In this document: positions 21,213 to 30,089 of the stretch, piece by piece
Layout: every line of letters begins with the position of its first letter
How positions within the stretch are numbered: position 1 is the first letter of the stretch
Notes under the pieces: model-generated
Database searches by the model: none
What the model saw: only the letters and a program-made list of their open reading frames with translations
Told to the model about the DNA's origin: nothing
Source: Cylindrospermopsis raciborskii Cr2010
GTDB taxonomy: Bacteria > Cyanobacteriota > Cyanobacteriia > Cyanobacteriales > Nostocaceae
DNA: 32,000 nt
Direction of reading: 5' to 3'
NCBI RefSeq assembly: GCF_003367075.2
Contig: NZ_CP065936.1
Span: 270,001 to 302,000, forward strand
Translations under genes and position numbers: made by a program

Positions 21213-24200
21213 TTATACTTCCCGAGTGAGAACCTGAAACGTGCTGATTTTCCAGGGTGCAATTGGGTTGACGACAGCGGGATAGATATTTCTTTCTAAT
21301 AAATCAAGCGGGTTACCCAAGGTAAAAAATTCACTTTTTAAATTTAGGGTTGGTAAGTTTGCGGATTGACCATGACATTCATAAAATCTTAGAATAAAGC
21401 TTTGTGGATGGTTTTCGCTGACCTTAAAAGCTGTGATAATCAAATTATCTGCTGCTAGTGTGAGGAAACTGTTGTTTTTAAAAACTGGTGATGGTGATTT
21501 TTTAGTTTCGGGATCGAGAAGTACATTTAATGGTATATTGAAGTCGTATGCTCTTCTGACAGTTTCTGCTGCTTGCCAACCACCGGTATGGGGATATAAA
21601 GCATAATTGAACTGATGTTCTCCCCGATCTGCTTGAGGGTCTGGCCAGTGGGGACTTCTTAATAAAGTCAACCGCATTTGATTACCCTTGATGTCATATC
21701 CATATTTACAGTCATTTAGTAAACTTACACCGTAGTTTCCAGTATTTGTATCTGCTGTCAAATCTGCCCATTTTAAAGCGGGTACTTCCCATTTCGCCTG
21801 TTCTGATGGTGTGTGGGGATTAGTAGGACGACGGATGACCCCACAGGGTATTTCATAGGTAGCAATGTCGCTGTTGAGATTTAAAAGAAAAGAGGTTTTC
21901 ACCAATACTTGATCTTCTTGCCAATTTACACTGTTCTCAATTTTAAGGATTGGGCAATTGGTTTGTAAAACATAATCTTGGGTAAATTCGGACTTGCCAA
22001 TTTGACGTACAACTCGTAACCTTTGTTGGATAATACCCTTTTCTAACCATTCAATCGACTCTAATTTAGCAGGTGGTAGAGGTTTAGATTCATAATCTGG
22101 GTCAATATTCCAAGCATCCCAGTATTGTCCTTTATCCGCAAATGCTTGTAGCTGGTTTCCTGCTCCTTGCAGAACCTCTCGAAATTGGATTTTGTCAAAT
22201 ACACTTTCTAGATCTCCCGTTTGTGAATTGACCCTAACTAGTAAATATTCATTTTCCAGATAAAATTCTAAACAAAACTCTTCCCCACATTTGTTTTCAT
22301 CCACATCCCCGGGAGAAAGCCAATATATTTGATATCCTATGGAAGGGATAGTAGGAATAAACAATAAACCATCCCTGGTTATTTGATATGGTAGCTGATT
22401 ACCATCGAAGTCGTGAATTAACCAATGTTGAGGATGGGGAGGTTTGATCTTAACCACTTCCGAACGCTCCCAATTGAGTGAGTTAAAGATAATTACCGGA
22501 ATGCTGTCAGGTTGAGGAGGTTCGGGCAAATTTATATTCCAGGCGATCGCTCTTAGTGATCTATCTAGGAGAGTAGATCCTAACTGTTGAACTTGTTGCC
22601 ATTCTGGTAAAGCATCATGGTAAACTTGGGTGATGGAAGAACCGGGTAAAATGTCGTGAAACTGGTGAAATAAAACCTTTTTCCAAGCGGTTTCTAGTTC
22701 TGTTTTGGGATAGGGTAAACCATAAACAGCAGTAGCAAGGGTGGAGAATAATTCCGCTTGATATAAGAGATTTTCACATTGACGATTCCATCTTTTCTGA
22801 TCCGCATGGGTGGTATAGCATCCTCGATGAAATTGTAGATATAATTCATCTTGCCATACTGGCAATTTCTCTGGAAGAATTGCCACAGAAGATTTGAGAT
22901 ATTGCCAATAATTTTCGGCGGTGGAAAATTCTATTTCTGGAAAAATGGGGGAATCCTTCCACCTTCTTGCAAGTTCCAACATATCACGAGTCGGTCCACC
23001 ACCATGGTCTCCTACACCAGGTAACCAAAGAGCATTTACTAAACCGGTTTTAGTTTCCCATGTAGATAGATAATCAGTCATTTTGACTGGATCTATAGTT
23101 TCCCCAATGGGTGGTGACATGTAACTTAATATTTGACTACCATCGGGAGATTGCCACCAAAATAAATCATAATCAAATTGACTGGTATCATTCCAGCGGA
23201 GCTTTTGGGTGACAAAGAATTCAATCCCTGCTTGAGTGAGAAACCCAGGCAAAGTTCCACAAAAACCGAAAGTATCAGGAACCCACACTATCGGTGATAT
23301 TTTTCCAAATTTTTCTAGAAAATAAAGCTGACCATATAACAGTTGTCTAACTATTGATTCCCCCGAAATCAAATTCAAATCTGGTTCTACCCAAAAACCA
23401 CCTAACACTTCCCATTTTCCTAATTTTACCTGGGTCTGAATTTGAGTAAATAACCAAGACTGATGTTCCTCCATCCACGCATATAAAGCTGGTGTGGTAT
23501 GACAAAAAATTAACTCAGAAAATTCCGTTTGTAATTTTAATACGGACTCAAAAGTTCTTTGTGCTGCTTTCCAAGTTTCTTGGACTGGCCATAGCCATGC
23601 TAAGTCTAAATGGGCATGACCTACTAAAAATAGTTTATTATCTTTAATACTTGTTAACTGGTCTATTCTCAAATAGGTTTGACGAATCTTTTCTAACAAG
23701 CTCTTCCAGTCTGATTGTGTTTTTATACCACAGCTAAAATTTATTAACTCTTCTACTTCTGTTACTAGTCTATTCCACTCCGTTGATGAAAGATTTTTTC
23801 CCCTAGTTTGGGCGATCGCCAACTCATTAGCTATAAGACCAGGATCTATATCATCCCCCGATTCAAAAATCATCTGGGAGTGCATCAAAGCTCCATCACA
23901 ATGTCCAGGACTTACCAACCGCAATACAATAAAAAACTCATCTTTTGGTTTTACCTCTTGACTTAAAAGCAACCGTGGGGAACAATCAAATAAATCACCC
24001 GTTGACAATAAATTACCATTGAGATAAACCTCAACCGCATCCGCCCACCAAGTTAGAGATAAGCGCGCACATAAACCACTTAAAGGATAATCATATAAGC
24101 TTTCTGGCACAGTGAACTTTTGTCCTAACCAAAGTATGTGCTTTCCTTGATTCCAACCCACCTGTTGTTTGTCATTTAACTGTATGGGTTGCCAATGGAG

Positions 24201-24347
24201 GAGGTTTGATTGTATTACATCGGTAATTTCTAGGTCACCTCGCCAACACACCCAGGATGAAAGTATATTAACTTGACAGTGGGAGTGTAATTGTTCAATT
24301 TTGTCTGAGAGGGACTGACTGTGTGTTGGGGGGGTGGGATAATTCAT
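21213..24347 (-). CDS. Alpha-mannosidase, glycoside hydrolase family 38
   Basis: 1044 aa. Catalytic-domain motifs VGHAHLDLAWLWPVQET, WVPDTFGFCGTLPGFLTQAGIEFFVTQKLRWN, QFHDILPGSSITQVY. Confidence 0.94.
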   Translation of the reverse strand: MNYPTPPTHSQSLSDKIEQLHSHCQVNILSSWVCWRGDLEITDVIQSNLLHWQPIQLNDKQQVGWNQGKHILWLGQKFTVPESLYDYPLSGLCARLSLTWWADAVEVYLNGNLLSTGDLFDCSPRLLLSQEVKPKDEFFIVLRLVSPGHCDGALMHSQMIFESGDDIDPGLIANELAIAQTRGKNLSSTEWNRLVTEVEELINFSCGIKTQSDWKSLLEKIRQTYLRIDQLTSIKDNKLFLVGHAHLDLAWLWPVQETWKAAQRTFESVLKLQTEFSELIFCHTTPALYAWMEEHQSWLFTQIQTQVKLGKWEVLGGFWVEPDLNLISGESIVRQLLYGQLYFLEKFGKISPIVWVPDTFGFCGTLPGFLTQAGIEFFVTQKLRWNDTSQFDYDLFWWQSPDGSQILSYMSPPIGETIDPVKMTDYLSTWETKTGLVNALWLPGVGDHGGGPTRDMLELARRWKDSPIFPEIEFSTAENYWQYLKSSVAILPEKLPVWQDELYLQFHRGCYTTHADQKRWNRQCENLLYQAELFSTLATAVYGLPYPKTELETAWKKVLFHQFHDILPGSSITQVYHDALPEWQQVQQLGSTLLDRSLRAIAWNINLPEPPQPDSIPVIIFNSLNWERSEVVKIKPPHPQHWLIHDFDGNQLPYQITRDGLLFIPTIPSIGYQIYWLSPGDVDENKCGEEFCLEFYLENEYLLVRVNSQTGDLESVFDKIQFREVLQGAGNQLQAFADKGQYWDAWNIDPDYESKPLPPAKLESIEWLEKGIIQQRLRVVRQIGKSEFTQDYVLQTNCPILKIENSVNWQEDQVLVKTSFLLNLNSDIATYEIPCGVIRRPTNPHTPSEQAKWEVPALKWADLTADTNTGNYGVSLLNDCKYGYDIKGNQMRLTLLRSPHWPDPQADRGEHQFNYALYPHTGGWQAAETVRRAYDFNIPLNVLLDPETKKSPSPVFKNNSFLTLAADNLIITAFKVSENHPQSFILRFYECHGQSANLPTLNLKSEFFTLGNPLDLLERNIYPAVVNPIAPWKISTFQVLTREV

Positions 24348-24384
24348 AAAAGCAAACCCTAATTAACTAATAAATAAACTCGCA

Positions 24385-25587
24385 ATGTCCTCCGGTTCCT
24401 CTAGTCCTTATCAAAGCCAAGTATTTAAATTTTTCAGTCACCAGTCTCGTCGGTTGTCCCAAAAATTGAGAGGTGCTTTCCGCAATTTACAGTTGGCAAC
24501 AAAATGGGGGGCGGAGGCTTTGCTTTACCCGCTTCATAAGTCATTACAACCTGATGAACCAGTGGGGAAAAGACTGAAAACTTTGTACCCCCCTTTGGAT
24601 GACCATACATCAATGGAATCACCAATTGTAAAAGTATTGGAACTGGTCAGGAGTTTACCATCTGCAGCTACTTGGGAATCGGAAAATTTACAAAATGTCA
24701 AATCCTCGGGTTGGTTTGGTGGAATTGTGCAAAAGTTGACCGGAGGTGCAAAAGATGACCAGTCTGTAAAAAGTAAGACATTACAGTCTCATATTCCTAA
24801 GATAGAAGCAATTGCGGTTAATTTAACAAGTCGTGATTTGGTACTTGTGGGGGAAAACAATAAGGTTTTTGATGTTTTAACACCTATACAACAAAAGCAA
24901 ATTGCTAATAGCATTGAGGAGCAGATAAATAACTATTCTAACAGTAATGTGGAGATTCTAGCTGATCTCCTTCCGCGTGTATTCTCTTATTCACTGGTTT
25001 TGGCATCTAAATGTTTGAAACTTGTAGATACAATGCTGGTTAAAATAGAACATCAAGCTCAGTTACCAGCTAATGTGTCTGTTGGGAGTGCCAATGTTTT
25101 GGTCTTAATTCAATCTGTCATAGGTTACATTTTTGAAACTAGACAAATTACCTTAATGGGTGAAGAAACTGCTCCTGTTCTCCCTCACGAACTCACGACC
25201 AGTGCCAGGTTTTCTCCTAGCTGGGAACAAGTACAGACATCCCATGTTGGGGAAGTTAAGGAAGATTGTTGGTTAACATGGGAGGATTTATTTGGGAGCG
25301 ATTTTTCTGATGGTGATTCGCGTCAACCCCGACAAATGTCTAGTTATGGTAAAAATTATCAAACTCAAGAAAGTGACCTCAAATTAGGAAGAGAACAAAA
25401 TAATTATCCATACCACTATTATCAATTCAAGCCTGATTGGATAGAAATCAAAGCCACATTTATTGGTTATGAAAAACACCCATTGGAGCAGATTTTAACC
25501 TGGCTAGATCATCTAATGCTATGGATAGAAATCATATTCACCAGCATATTTTATTTTTGCAAGGGGTTGTTAGAATTGGAGCAATGA
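24385..25587 (+). CDS. Hypothetical protein, probable membrane-anchored C-terminus (400 aa)
   Basis: Intact ORF immediately divergent from the mannosidase gene. Hydrophobic C-terminus LMLWIEIIFTSIFYFCKGLLELEQ. Confidence 0.8.
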   Translation: MSSGSSSPYQSQVFKFFSHQSRRLSQKLRGAFRNLQLATKWGAEALLYPLHKSLQPDEPVGKRLKTLYPPLDDHTSMESPIVKVLELVRSLPSAATWESENLQNVKSSGWFGGIVQKLTGGAKDDQSVKSKTLQSHIPKIEAIAVNLTSRDLVLVGENNKVFDVLTPIQQKQIANSIEEQINNYSNSNVEILADLLPRVFSYSLVLASKCLKLVDTMLVKIEHQAQLPANVSVGSANVLVLIQSVIGYIFETRQITLMGEETAPVLPHELTTSARFSPSWEQVQTSHVGEVKEDCWLTWEDLFGSDFSDGDSRQPRQMSSYGKNYQTQESDLKLGREQNNYPYHYYQFKPDWIEIKATFIGYEKHPLEQILTWLDHLMLWIEIIFTSIFYFCKGLLELEQ

Positions 25588-25608
25588 TTTTTAAAAACTG
25601 TCACCAGG

Positions 25609-26538
25609 TTGAAATTGATGAATACTTACCATAAGTTGCGGGTGATTAATCTCACCAGTCTAGGCAAGGTTATCACGGGAATATTGGCAATTACTCCCCT
25701 AGCTTGCATCCCGTCAGCAAAAGCATTAGAGGTGCAAATTTTACCACAAACGGTAAAATTGGGAGATACAATCTCAGTATTAATTAAGCCCGATGCGGAA
25801 CAAACTCTAAATACTGATATCCAAAATCTTATAAAACCTAGTGTTAAAGTTGATGAAAACACATATCCAGCTTTTGCGATCGCACCAAATACCTATCGTT
25901 CCCTGATTCCTACTACCCCCCTAGAAAAACCAGGAATAAGAAAAATTACAATACTAGTGGGGGGACAAGAGGAAAAAAAATTAGAGGTAATAGTAGGTAA
26001 TAGGAAATTTCCGTTACAGAGGATCAACCTACCACCAGGAAAAGCAGGAGTAAAAGCCACAGAATATGAACTAGCTCGTGTAAAACAGTTAAAGGAACTA
26101 CAAACACCAGAAAAATACTGGAATGGAGTGTTTCTCAATCCCAATAAAGGGAGGATGAGCACGAGATATGGTGTCAGACGGTACTACAATGGCGTATTTG
26201 CCCAAGATTACTATCATCGAGGGTTAGACTATGCAGGTGCAGCAGGTTCAGCAGTAATTGCACCAGCAGCGGGGAGAGTAGCATTAGTGGGGAAGGTATC
26301 CCAGGGGTTTAGGGTTCATGGGAACGTGGTGGGTATTGACCATGGTCAGGGAGTAACCAGCATTTTCCTCCACTTGAACCGAATTAATGTGAAAGAGGGT
26401 GATTTTGTCCAAGCTGGCAACCTCATCGGTACTGTGGGTTCCACAGGTGCTTCTACTGGTCCCCATTTACATTGGGGTTTATATGTCAATGGCAAATCCA
26501 TTGATCCTATATTTTGGAAAACCAAAACTATTGATTAG
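25609..26538 (+). CDS. M23-family peptidase (LytM/endopeptidase domain)
   Basis: YYHRGLDYAGAAGSAVIAPAAGRV...GNLIGTVGSTGASTGPHLHWGLYVNGKSIDP. Start may be the ATG at 25609 or the second Met (MNTYHK). Confidence 0.9.
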   Translation: MKLMNTYHKLRVINLTSLGKVITGILAITPLACIPSAKALEVQILPQTVKLGDTISVLIKPDAEQTLNTDIQNLIKPSVKVDENTYPAFAIAPNTYRSLIPTTPLEKPGIRKITILVGGQEEKKLEVIVGNRKFPLQRINLPPGKAGVKATEYELARVKQLKELQTPEKYWNGVFLNPNKGRMSTRYGVRRYYNGVFAQDYYHRGLDYAGAAGSAVIAPAAGRVALVGKVSQGFRVHGNVVGIDHGQGVTSIFLHLNRINVKEGDFVQAGNLIGTVGSTGASTGPHLHWGLYVNGKSIDPIFWKTKTID

Positions 26539-27272
26539 TGGCGTACTGATACAGGAGTGCCCAAGTCCACTTGTTCATATAACATTCTTACATCAGGGTT
26601 ACGCATCCTCAAACAACCATGGGACACAGCACCACCAATCAAATCCTTATTAGGTGTGCCATGGAAACCAATTTCATTCTTACCGTCTGACCAAAAACCA
26701 ATCCATCGATCTCCCAGGGGACTATCCGTCCCCGCTTCAAATATTTTCCCCGTAATTGGATGTTTCCAAATAGGGTGATGCTCCTTATGTATAACTTTAA
26801 AAGTACCCGTGGGAGTCTCCCAACCCTTTTTACCAACTGCAATTGGGTAACTAGCCACCACCTGGTCATAACGATAAACATAAACCCGGCGATCGCTCAA
26901 ATCGACGACCACATCACTTTGGTTATTTCCCGCTCCGGGAGATGGAGAGTCATTTCCACCACCAAAGAAAAAGCCTTTTAACCCACTATTTGTTTTGTTT
27001 TGTTGTGTAGGGACTACCAATCTTGTGTTTTTTTCCCCATCACCAGAATTAGATGAAGAGTTCATATCAGCACCCAAAGCACTATCTCCAATAGTAATAC
27101 CCGAAGAGAAATCCGGATTGTGCTCATTAGAATTGATATTTGTTCGCAGTATCATGGAAGGGGAATTATTGGACTCATTTGTAAAGGTATACCAATAGAA
27201 AACGAGAGAAACAATGGACGTGCCTAAGCAGAGTAACATAAGCATGGGTAGTAAAGGTTTTTTCTTTGCCAT
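26535..27272 (-). CDS. L,D-transpeptidase (YkuD domain)
   Basis: N-terminal TM anchor, Ser/Asn/Gly-rich linker, and catalytic motif IGFHGTPNKDLIGGAVSHGCLRM. Confidence 0.92.
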   Translation of the reverse strand: MAKKKPLLPMLMLLCLGTSIVSLVFYWYTFTNESNNSPSMILRTNINSNEHNPDFSSGITIGDSALGADMNSSSNSGDGEKNTRLVVPTQQNKTNSGLKGFFFGGGNDSPSPGAGNNQSDVVVDLSDRRVYVYRYDQVVASYPIAVGKKGWETPTGTFKVIHKEHHPIWKHPITGKIFEAGTDSPLGDRWIGFWSDGKNEIGFHGTPNKDLIGGAVSHGCLRMRNPDVRMLYEQVDLGTPVSVRH

Positions 27273-27509
27273 TGCAAATAAAGTATAGACTAAACGCTTT
27301 AATTTTTTGCCATAGCTGGCCCATTACAATTATTAAACCCTCCGAGAGTGTCAGTTAGCAAAAAATTTATCAGAAATTATCTAATGTAGGATCATCCTGA
27401 CAAATGGGGTAGAAACTGCAAGAAAATTTTTCCCCATGTATTGACAAATCCTCATGAATGTTAATATTCTGAGGAATCGAGACACCCACAGGTAGGGATC
27501 AGGCTAAGC

Positions 27510-28361
27510 CTATCCCCGGTTCCAGGACACACCATGAGCTGCCAGGATCTGTTGGGCCTTGGTTATCCAAGTAAGGGGGAAACCCGCATCACGGTAGAGG
27601 GTGGCCGGGATCTTGTCCTTAATTTCTGCATGGAACTGGGGTAGTTCGCTCCAGTGGCGGCCACATTGGACATGGTGAGCCGTGTGGTAGCCCAGGTTGC
27701 AGGTAAAAAAGTTGTACCAGTGATCGGTGATATTATAGGTCGCTTTGTAGGGATCTTTCTCATCCAAACCCGCATGGTGCTCATAGGTGACATAGACTGT
27801 CATAAAGAGCAAAAAGGCCATGGGAAATACAAATTGGATCAGGGTATTGACACTGTTCACGGAAGCCAGAGCCAGAAGAACGAGCGCCGTGGCCACCATG
27901 TTTTGGATTAGCCTAACCCGGATTTTAGGATACTTTTTGCCCACCTTTAAGGCTTTAGGATAAGCTTGAGTTGTAACAGTCCACGCATATTCTAGGGGGG
28001 GCATTGTCCGGCCTTTCTCGTCTTTCCAGGCGGACTCATCCTTCGTTTGGTCAAGGTAGTTAACGTGGTGACCAAAGATATGGTGCAAAACCCAGGCTTC
28101 GCCGACAATTCCTGTTTGCAACCCCATCACTAGTTCCAGGGCGCGATTGGCCCACTCTGGATAAAAAAACTTGAGGTGCTGATGGTGGTGATTCCAGCAA
28201 CAAATGCAACCCTTAATATTTAAGCTAATCAACATCCAAATGATGGGTATAAGGGGGGAAGGGCTAAATAAGAAAACCGCTAAATCGACTCCTAGAACCA
28301 CAAGGATTGCTGCAATCAGATAAGCGTCTATTTTTTTTCTCAAGAACATATGGATGAACAA
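27510..28361 (-). CDS. Membrane-bound fatty-acid-desaturase-superfamily (di-iron) protein
   Basis: 283 aa. Histidine boxes HHHQH, HHIFGHH and HTAHH (in GYHTAHHVQCGRHWSELPQFH), with TM segments. Confidence 0.85.
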   Translation of the reverse strand: MFIHMFLRKKIDAYLIAAILVVLGVDLAVFLFSPSPLIPIIWMLISLNIKGCICCWNHHHQHLKFFYPEWANRALELVMGLQTGIVGEAWVLHHIFGHHVNYLDQTKDESAWKDEKGRTMPPLEYAWTVTTQAYPKALKVGKKYPKIRVRLIQNMVATALVLLALASVNSVNTLIQFVFPMAFLLFMTVYVTYEHHAGLDEKDPYKATYNITDHWYNFFTCNLGYHTAHHVQCGRHWSELPQFHAEIKDKIPATLYRDAGFPLTWITKAQQILAAHGVSWNRG

Positions 28362-28584
28362 GGTTGTCGCAATGATACTATCGGTATCCCATGATCGAGG
28401 GCAATCTAGGGATTCCAGAGGTTTCCATTAATTCTACTTCCTTTGAGGGAAGTGCACCCCTCTATTTTAAGCTCTTACCCTGACTGGTGTCCAGACCCAC
28501 TTTGGGAAGGTCAGCAAATTTTCTTTTGTTTTTCACTGATTCCAAGAGGGGAAGCAGTCCCCTTGTATACATTTAACTCGTGGG

Positions 28585-28599
28585 CAGGGTTACGCCCTG
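28585..28599. repeat. Short palindrome CAGGG-ttacg-CCCTG
   Basis: Perfect 5-bp arms read directly. Confidence 0.5.
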
Positions 28600-28666
28600 T
28601 TTTATCAGGGTGCGAGATCCCGTAGGGAGTCCTTCCCCATCGCATTTATATATATCCTGTTGGTTT

Positions 28667-28691
28667 GTTGGGTTTCGTGCCTCAACCCAAC
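28667..28691. repeat. Inverted repeat GTTGGGTT-tcgtgcctc-AACCCAAC
   Basis: Perfect 8-bp arms, 9-nt loop. Resembles a palindromic element common in cyanobacterial intergenic DNA. Confidence 0.75.
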
Positions 28692-28714
28692 CTACGATTA
28701 TCCACGACAAAACC

Positions 28715-28733
28715 AGTCGGTTTCCAACCGACT
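28715..28733. repeat. Inverted repeat AGTCGGTT-tcc-AACCGACT
   Basis: Perfect 8-bp arms, 3-nt loop. Confidence 0.75.
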
Positions 28734-28741
28734 TGCGCTTT

Positions 28742-28767
28742 GAGACAGGGAATGAATTCCCTGTCTC
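28742..28767. repeat. Inverted repeat GAGACAGGGAAT-ga-ATTCCCTGTCTC
   Basis: Perfect 12-bp arms around a 2-nt centre. Confidence 0.85.
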
Positions 28768-28849
28768 CCTGACAAATAGAGAAGTGCAATTGTTTTGAAG
28801 GTTGGGAACATAAAAAATTAGACTCAGTCTAATAGATAGAGATTATTTT

Positions 28850-29521
28850 ATGCCAGTGGGATCTATGAGTCAGTCTATTGCTGTATCCTGGTCAACTGTT
28901 GATGCCAATTATTCACAAGCATCGGTGCAAGTTGATAAACTCTCAAATCAGGATCTTATTTTGCGCTGTCAATCTGGACTGCGCCCGGACAAAGCAGCTT
29001 TTGCTGAATTGCTGCGCCGCTATCAGGCCCAGGTGGATAGGGTACTATATCACTTGGCTCCCGACTGGTCTGACAGAGCTGATTTGGCTCAGGAGGTGTG
29101 GATTCGAGTCTATCGGAACATTCACCGATTACAAGAACCTGCTAAATTTCGCGGTTGGTTAAGTCGAATTGCCACTAATTTGTTTTATGATGAGCTACGT
29201 AAGCGCAAAAGGTCTGGTAGTTCTTTGTCCCTAGATGCTCCTCGTTTAGCAGGGGATGGGGAAATGGATTGGGAAATTGCTAGCGATACACCAAGTCCGG
29301 AAGAACAACTCAGAACTAGGGAATTTTATGAGCAACTGCGGGAAGCTATTGCTGATTTACCAGAGATTTTTCGTACTACTATAGTCCTCAGAGAAATCGA
29401 AGGTTTAGCATACGAAGAAATTGCTCAAATTACTGGTGCTTCCCTAGGAACGGTCAAATCTAGAATAGCTAGAGCTCGTTCCCGACTGCAAAGCCAACTA
29501 CAAAGTTATCTGGATGGTTAA
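28850..29521 (+). CDS. sigG: ECF-type RNA polymerase sigma factor, SigG-like
   Basis: Sigma region 2 (DRADLAQEVWIRVYRNIHRLQEPAKFRGWLSRIATNLFYDELRKRKR) and region 4 (LPEIFRTTIVLREIEGLAYEEIAQITGASLGTVKSRIARAR). The alternative ATG at 28865 (MSQSIAVSW) may be the true start. Confidence 0.9.
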   Translation: MPVGSMSQSIAVSWSTVDANYSQASVQVDKLSNQDLILRCQSGLRPDKAAFAELLRRYQAQVDRVLYHLAPDWSDRADLAQEVWIRVYRNIHRLQEPAKFRGWLSRIATNLFYDELRKRKRSGSSLSLDAPRLAGDGEMDWEIASDTPSPEEQLRTREFYEQLREAIADLPEIFRTTIVLREIEGLAYEEIAQITGASLGTVKSRIARARSRLQSQLQSYLDG

Positions 29522-30085
29522 GTGGATTCACAGGAAAATTCCTCTAGTTTACCCGTGGTTAAAGCGAATATGGATAGGTTTAATTATCAGGAATATCATG
29601 AAGGGGATCAGTTTGAACTGTTAAGCGCATACTTGGATGGTGAGGTTACAGCTACTGAACGTCAGCGGATAGAGCAGTGGTTGGCAACGGATGAATCCGG
29701 TAAGCGTTTGTACATGAAACTGCTAAGGTTGAGGCATGGTGTCCGATCCATGCCTGTGCCAAGCTGTTACGCTGCGTCTTCGGAGTTATTTGATCTTGTT
29801 TGGAAACGCATAATTTTCCGTCGTCGGATAAATTGGATGTGGGGTGGTGCTGCTATTGCAGCTTGTGTTATTGGTTCCCTATCAGGAATTTTGCCAGGAA
29901 ATACTTCCAGGTTACAACTAGCACAACAGAAGATAGATAGTGTCCAAACACAAGCACCAATCTCTCCTTTAATGGTCGCCCTCAATAACCCAATAGTTGA
30001 AATTCCCAAAACTGCTGTGGTGCGACCAGCAAAAATTGAGGAAATAGACTATATTCAAGAGGAGATGGAGTTTGAGGGGAATTAG
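29522..30085 (+). CDS. Putative anti-sigma factor (single TM), partner of the ECF sigma factor
   Basis: GTG start directly after the sigma stop codon; FELLSAYLDGEVTATERQRIEQWL anti-sigma-like N-terminus; one TM (WGGAAIAACVIGSLSGIL). Confidence 0.8.
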   Translation: MDSQENSSSLPVVKANMDRFNYQEYHEGDQFELLSAYLDGEVTATERQRIEQWLATDESGKRLYMKLLRLRHGVRSMPVPSCYAASSELFDLVWKRIIFRRRINWMWGGAAIAACVIGSLSGILPGNTSRLQLAQQKIDSVQTQAPISPLMVALNNPIVEIPKTAVVRPAKIEEIDYIQEEMEFEGN

Positions 30086-30089
30086 GCAA

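Noticed and set aside
26284-27198. ORFs 26284-26466, 26399-26653, 26557-26778, 26639-26881, 26760-26981 and 26995-27198
   Set aside because: They overlap the M23 and L,D-transpeptidase genes in other frames, and motif evidence supports only those two genes.
27563-27911. ORFs 27563-27793 (-) and 27654-27911 (+) inside the desaturase gene
   Set aside because: Alternative frames within a gene with clear histidine boxes; higher GC inflates spurious ORF length.
28585-28767. Possibility of a CRISPR array in the repeat-rich spacer
   Set aside because: The palindromes differ in sequence. There is no regularly spaced identical direct repeat, and no cas gene in the window.
28443-28798. ORFs 28443-28625 and 28580-28798 over the palindrome region
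   Set aside because: Their translations are derived from inverted repeats and show no family signature. I treat the region as repeat/intergenic DNA.
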